From assembly GCA_016186325.1 (NCBI GenBank), contig JACPLW010000010.1:22856-86855 (forward strand): DNA of 64,000 nt, read 5' to 3'. The translations under genes were made by a program, and so were the position numbers. The notes under the pieces are model-generated. The model was given only the letters and a program-made list of their open reading frames with translations. It made no database searches and was not told the origin of the DNA. How positions within the stretch are numbered: position 1 is the stretch's first letter; each line of letters begins with the position of its first letter. The stretch is from Parcubacteria group bacterium (lineage in GTDB: Bacteria; Patescibacteriota; Minisyncoccia; UBA10092). Positions 57,559-64,000 of the stretch are shown here, piece after piece.

Positions 57559-58694
57559 TAGAAGATTTACAAAAACGTCACGATCCAGAGGCCGAAAGGC
57601 TAAAGCGTTTTCTTGCTATGCCAGACTTGACGCGCACTTCAGAAGGTCCGCTGGCGGATCTTGCGCGGCGTATTGTTAATTTGCCGCGTTTTAGCGAATT
57701 TAATAATTTAAACATACCGGAGATTGTTCCGTATGATATAAGTTTTGATCTCTTCAATTTTCCCCCCAACCACCCGGCTAGAAATCCTTCTGACACCTAC
57801 TTTGTTGATGAAAATCATGTTTTGCGGACTCACACTACGGTAATGTGGTATTATCATCTGAACCTTGCCGAAGTAAAGAGTAAAATTAAAAAAGGCGAAT
57901 CCGTTGGCGCATTGGCGTACGGCAAGGTTTACCGTAAAGACGAAATAGATAGGGAGCACATGAACGTATTCCATCAGATAGACGGATGGTATTTATGTCG
58001 CAAGGAAAATCATGTTATAACAATAGATGATCTTCAAGAAGTTTTAGTGGAAATAGCGCGCGCAATCTTCGGGCAGGATATTAAGTATCGTTTTAATGTC
58101 GACAATTTTCCGTATACGGATCCTTCAATTGAGATGGAGGTCCAGATTAGAGAGCGGTCCTTCGACAAGCTCAGGATCCCGAGCAAAGTCGAGGGATGGA
58201 TAGAAGTTTTAGGCGCCGGAGTTGTAAGAGAGGCTGTTCTAAAAAACCTAGGCATTGATCCGGAAGAATATAATGGCTGGGCGTTTGGGTTCGGTCTTGA
58301 ACGATTAGCCATTACCAGCATGGACTTGCCCGACATTCGCCTTTTATGGTCTCAAGACGAAAGAGTTAAAAGGCAATTGAAATTAGGGAATAAATATATA
58401 GAGGTTTCCAAATTTCCGCCTATTACCCGCGATATCTCATTTGTAGTCGACAAAAATTTCGTTCCCAACAACTATTTTGATTTGATAAGAGATCTTGGCG
58501 GCGATTTAGTGGAAGAGGTGCGGCTTTTAGACAAATACAGCAACTCCGAAAAGTTCGGACATGATAAGCTAAGCTATACATACCGTATTATCTACAGAAG
58601 CAATGACAGAACTCTTTTATCGAGCGAAGTAGATGAAGTTCAGAAAAAAATCTATAGCGAAACTGCCAAACAATTTAACGCGGAATTAAGATAA
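57528..58694 (+). CDS. pheS: Phenylalanine--tRNA ligase, monomeric type (catalytic domain fused to FDX-ACB)
   Basis: HPAR..SDTY, LRTHT, FHQIDG, FPYTDPS.E, AFGFGLERLA, then SKFPPITRDISF...YRS.DRTL. Confidence 0.92.
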   Translation: MATDKSEEKLIEDLQKRHDPEAERLKRFLAMPDLTRTSEGPLADLARRIVNLPRFSEFNNLNIPEIVPYDISFDLFNFPPNHPARNPSDTYFVDENHVLRTHTTVMWYYHLNLAEVKSKIKKGESVGALAYGKVYRKDEIDREHMNVFHQIDGWYLCRKENHVITIDDLQEVLVEIARAIFGQDIKYRFNVDNFPYTDPSIEMEVQIRERSFDKLRIPSKVEGWIEVLGAGVVREAVLKNLGIDPEEYNGWAFGFGLERLAITSMDLPDIRLLWSQDERVKRQLKLGNKYIEVSKFPPITRDISFVVDKNFVPNNYFDLIRDLGGDLVEEVRLLDKYSNSEKFGHDKLSYTYRIIYRSNDRTLLSSEVDEVQKKIYSETAKQFNAELR

Positions 58695-58697
58695 ATC

Positions 58698-60628
<1,931 letters not shown>

Positions 60629-60713
60629 CCCCGCTAAGATAGATTTGACATCATTAAATCTGTTTGTTATGATAGTATCAAAGGCCCGAGGGCTTTTTAA
60701 AAATACCTAATTT

Positions 60714-60908
60714 ATGGGCTATTTAGAAAAAACAAAAACATATTTTAAAGAAGTTAGGGTTGAAATGAACAAGGTCAATTGGCCGACGAAGACTGAAACC
60801 ATTAACTATACCTTAGTGGTTATTGGCGTTTCGGTTGCAGTCGCGGCTTATCTTGGCTCTCTGGATTTTATTTTTACTTCTGTTTTGAACTTTTTCTTAT
60901 TTAAGTAA
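60714..60908 (+). CDS. secE: Preprotein translocase subunit SecE
   Basis: EM.KVNWP plus one TM helix, upstream of nusG. Confidence 0.93.
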   Translation: MGYLEKTKTYFKEVRVEMNKVNWPTKTETINYTLVVIGVSVAVAAYLGSLDFIFTSVLNFFLFK

Positions 60909-60929
60909 TGCGGGCATTTTTAGAAAAAT

Positions 60930-61472
60930 ATGGCAAAACAACAAGCACAAGGCAGAAACTGGTATGTTCTTCATACTTACTCCGGTTATGAAGACGCCGT
61001 GGCGCGCAATTTGAAGCAGAGAATTGAATCCCTGGACATGCAGGATAAAATTTTTAATGTTTTGGTGCCCAAGGAAAAAAAGATTAAAATCAAAAACGGC
61101 AAACGACGCGTCACTGAAGAAAAAATTTATCCGGGCTATGTGATTGTAGAAATGATTGTTACCGACGATTCCTGGTATGTAGTAAGAAACACGCCTCGGG
61201 TAACCGGGTTTATCGGATCGGGGACAACGCCAATTGCGATTTCAAAAGAAGAAATGCTGGAGCTTCAAAAGCGGATGGGATCGACTGAATCAAAATATAA
61301 AATTGAATTTTCTATCGGCGACCCGGTGAAAATCGTTGACGGGCCGTTTAAAGATTTTGACGGCAAAGTGAGCGATATTGACGAAGAGCGGGGCAAGGTT
61401 AAAGTTATGATCTCGATGTTCGGCCGCGAAACAGCGGTGGAGCTTGACTCGCTGCAGATTAAAAAATTATAA
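60930..61472 (+). CDS. nusG: Transcription termination/antitermination factor NusG
   Basis: WYVLHTYSGYE, PGYV, KOW GPF.DF.G, FGRET. Confidence 0.97.
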   Translation: MAKQQAQGRNWYVLHTYSGYEDAVARNLKQRIESLDMQDKIFNVLVPKEKKIKIKNGKRRVTEEKIYPGYVIVEMIVTDDSWYVVRNTPRVTGFIGSGTTPIAISKEEMLELQKRMGSTESKYKIEFSIGDPVKIVDGPFKDFDGKVSDIDEERGKVKVMISMFGRETAVELDSLQIKKL

Positions 61473-61523
61473 AAGGTGGGCTACCCCGCAGTTGCGGGGT
61501 GCTCATAAATTTTAGCTAAATTT

Positions 61524-61949
61524 ATGGCAAAGAAAATTAAAACAATTATAAAAATACAAATTCCGGCTGGAGCGGCAACACCGGCTCCGCCGGTAGGCAC
61601 GGCTTTGGGTCCGCAAGGCATTAATATAGGAGAATTTGTCAGTAAGTTCAACGCGGCTACTAAAGAAATGGCCGGAGATATTATTCCCGTTGAGTTAACC
61701 GTCTACGAAGATCGGACTTACGATATGAAATTTAAAACTTCGCCTGCGGCGGCACTGCTTAAAAAAGCCGCGGGTATTGAGAAGGGAAGTAGCAATCCGA
61801 AAAAAGACAAGGTTGGCAAAGTAACAATGGCGCAAATTCGCGAAATCGCCGAAAAGAAACTGGTTGATTTGAATGCCAATAATATTGAAGCCGCGGAAAA
61901 AATCATAATGGGCACCGCTCGGTCCATGGGAATTGAAGTTGTAAAATAA
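61524..61949 (+). CDS. rplK: 50S ribosomal protein L11
   Basis: [19 protein letters not shown]. Confidence 0.97.
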   Translation: MAKKIKTIIKIQIPAGAATPAPPVGTALGPQGINIGEFVSKFNAATKEMAGDIIPVELTVYEDRTYDMKFKTSPAAALLKKAAGIEKGSSNPKKDKVGKVTMAQIREIAEKKLVDLNANNIEAAEKIIMGTARSMGIEVVK

Positions 61950-61960
61950 AAAATAGCATT

Positions 61961-62687
61961 ACTTGGTGACGCCGTCACCAAGTGGGTACATCTGACAATC
62001 ATTAGCTCTCCACTAAAAGATGTTCCATATCTTTTCTTTCGAGCATTATCTTTAAGGCATCTTCCGCGAAATCTTTATATTCCGCGATGGTTTTAAATTG
62101 TGAAATGATAATTTCTTTACCGCAAAGTTCTCTTCCATTTTTATCTTTTTTCTTCTTCATATACTCCTCCCAACTCGACTTGGAGACGCCGTCACCAAGT
62201 CGATGGACACGATTATTAAGATTCACATATGCGCTTACGTTCAGAAGATATTCGTTGGAGTCAACATGAACTGCTTTAAATGGACCTTGGAATAAAGAAC
62301 CGGAACGCTGACATTTTACATTGAAATATCTAGCATACCCAAGACATAATCTATGCATAAATTTTTCTATTCCTTTATCGGCGATTTGTCTCATTAAGAA
62401 GTGGTAATGATTTGGATTGAGGCAATAGCATACAAATTCCACTAACTTGGTGACGCCGTCACCAAGTTGAGATTCGCGCTTCCTAAATGAATTTTCAAAT
62501 ATACTTCCTATCGGTTCAACGGTATTGAACTCCTCCATACTTTGCAAGAATCTGGCATAATCTCGTGCGTCCATGAAAATTTGGCGTTTATCCACGCCTC
62601 GGCCGAAAATATGATAATACTCATCATTTACTAGTAATACTTTTCTCATACATCTTATTATACCACTTGGTGACGCCGTCACCAAGT
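61961..62687 (-). mobile_element. RAYT-like unit delimited by 23-bp palindromes
   Basis: ACTTGGTGACG-C-CGTCACCAAGT at 61961 and 62665, plus two internal copies. Confidence 0.75.
62002..62649 (-). CDS. Y1 HUH transposase (IS200-like/REP-associated tyrosine transposase)
   Basis: YYHIFGRG, YCLNPNHYH (HUH), GSLFQGPF, catalytic-Tyr region YVNLN. Confidence 0.88.
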   Translation of the reverse strand: MRKVLLVNDEYYHIFGRGVDKRQIFMDARDYARFLQSMEEFNTVEPIGSIFENSFRKRESQLGDGVTKLVEFVCYCLNPNHYHFLMRQIADKGIEKFMHRLCLGYARYFNVKCQRSGSLFQGPFKAVHVDSNEYLLNVSAYVNLNNRVHRLGDGVSKSSWEEYMKKKKDKNGRELCGKEIIISQFKTIAEYKDFAEDALKIMLERKDMEHLLVES

Positions 62688-62797
62688 ATTTTTTCACCAT
62701 AAATTTCTAACGGGGTCAATATTGTTTTTAAAAAATATCTAAGTTAGAGTTTAAAAACTTTATTGATCTTTTAAAATTTAAAAAAGAGGAACTCCAA

Positions 62798-63349
62798 GTG
62801 AACGCTAGACCGCCGAGATTAACTGTTGATGAATATTTTGATTTGATCGCTTTAATTTTTGCTTGCCGCGGCACTTGCGATCGTTTGCGGACCGCGACCG
62901 TTATAAGAGATAATGATAATATTTTAATTGCTGGCGGGTATAACGGCGCAATATCTGGGTTGCCTCATTGCGATGACATTGGCCATCTTATTGTTGAAAA
63001 TCACTGCATAAGAACTAATCATGGCGAAGAAAACGCGCTCTTAAATTGTATTGATTTATCTCGGATTGAAAATGGCGTGGCTACTATTATCGGTAATCCA
63101 TGTTTCCCGTGCGCGCGAAAAGTATTAAGCAAAGATATTAAAAGATTGCGATACATCGGAACATACGATAATTCTTTAGGGTTTGAACACGTTAAAGAAT
63201 TGTGCGAACAAAAAAGCGTTGTTATAGAGTTTATTGATATTAGAGATGTTTTGGAAACTCTCCAAAAGGCCATTTATTTTCTTCAGGGACCCGGCGGTCC
63301 ATTCCGTAATATGGAAAAAATTATGTTAAAATTGGAAGAGAAAGAGTAA
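62798..63349 (+). CDS. dCMP deaminase family protein
   Basis: GYNG, HGEENA, PCFPC. Confidence 0.9.
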   Translation: MNARPPRLTVDEYFDLIALIFACRGTCDRLRTATVIRDNDNILIAGGYNGAISGLPHCDDIGHLIVENHCIRTNHGEENALLNCIDLSRIENGVATIIGNPCFPCARKVLSKDIKRLRYIGTYDNSLGFEHVKELCEQKSVVIEFIDIRDVLETLQKAIYFLQGPGGPFRNMEKIMLKLEEKE

Positions 63350-63927
63350 TGGCGGAACTCTATCTCGCTATAATTGGCCATACAGCTACCGGAAAAGAAA
63401 GTACCTACATCGCTGCTAAAGAAGCGCTTGCCGGTAAATTAACCGTATCCATTCATCATTTTTCCGATCCGCTTAGCGAGGCTTTGGATCTATTTTGCCT
63501 TGAAAAATCTCGGCCTAACCAGCAACTGCTTTCTACAATTCTGCGGCAAGCATTTGGTGAAAATATGCTGGGCAATATAATTTTTAAGCGGGTTTTGGCC
63601 GATCCGGCGGATATTGTATTTTTAGACGGTGTTCGCAGACCAAAAGATGTTGAGATGTTGAAAAATCTGCCAAATAGTTTTTTGGGGTATGTTTACGCGC
63701 CACCTGAAGAGGCATATAAAAGACTAGTTTTAAGAAACGACCGGCCGGGCGACGCCGAAAAAACTTGGGAACAATTTTTAGCCGAGCAGTCGGCCGAAAC
63801 CGAAAGCTTAATTGATACATTAAGACCGTTAGCGGATTTTACACTAGATAACCATATGCACGATCCAGAGTTTAAATTTCTTCGCACCCAAGTTGTGAGT
63901 TTAATATATGATGAATTCGATCTATAG
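63349..63927 (+). CDS. P-loop nucleotide kinase (dNMP/dephospho-CoA kinase-like)
   Basis: IGHTATGKES, DGVR, ADF.LDN. Confidence 0.7.
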   Translation: MAELYLAIIGHTATGKESTYIAAKEALAGKLTVSIHHFSDPLSEALDLFCLEKSRPNQQLLSTILRQAFGENMLGNIIFKRVLADPADIVFLDGVRRPKDVEMLKNLPNSFLGYVYAPPEEAYKRLVLRNDRPGDAEKTWEQFLAEQSAETESLIDTLRPLADFTLDNHMHDPEFKFLRTQVVSLIYDEFDL

Positions 63928-63939
63928 AGGAGGGAACGG

Positions 63940-64000
63940 ATGTCGCATAAATATCCAGGGAAACTGATTCTTTTTGAAGGTTGTGAAGGTGCCGGTAAAT
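63940..64000 (+). CDS. tmk: Thymidylate kinase, 5' end (partial)
   Basis: SD GGAGG, MSHKYPGKLILFEGCEGAGK. Confidence 0.8.
   Translation, partial: MSHKYPGKLILFEGCEGAGK

Overview
64 kb of a low-GC Patescibacteria (CPR, Parcubacteria-like) chromosome using standard code 11 (TGA is a stop). The core content is clpP (3' end), valS, tsaD, recG, pyrB, gpmI, def, the str/S10/spc ribosomal protein cluster (no L29 or L30 in the operon, no L1 after L11), secY, adk, map, tpiA, mltG, ligA, gatCA, a monomeric PheRS, a frameshifted gyrB, secE-nusG-rplK, a nucleotide-salvage block, CPR-type pilins and nine intact tRNAs. Five things stand out. (1) A three-gene pupylation-type locus (ARC/Mpa ATPase ending GQYL, Dop-like, PafA-like) lies next to tRNA-Glu with no Pup/UBact or 20S subunits in the window. 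(2) A ~150-nt multi-stem element with covarying arms occurs in four copies, each directly after a stop codon. (3) Several short palindrome families are inserted in frame into housekeeping proteins and into tRNA remnants. (4) A RAYT/Y1 HUH transposase carries its 23-bp palindrome both beside and inside its ORF. (5) A PaaX/Cas2-like gene is bracketed by matched hairpins. All product calls come from motif recognition by eye; no database searches were run.
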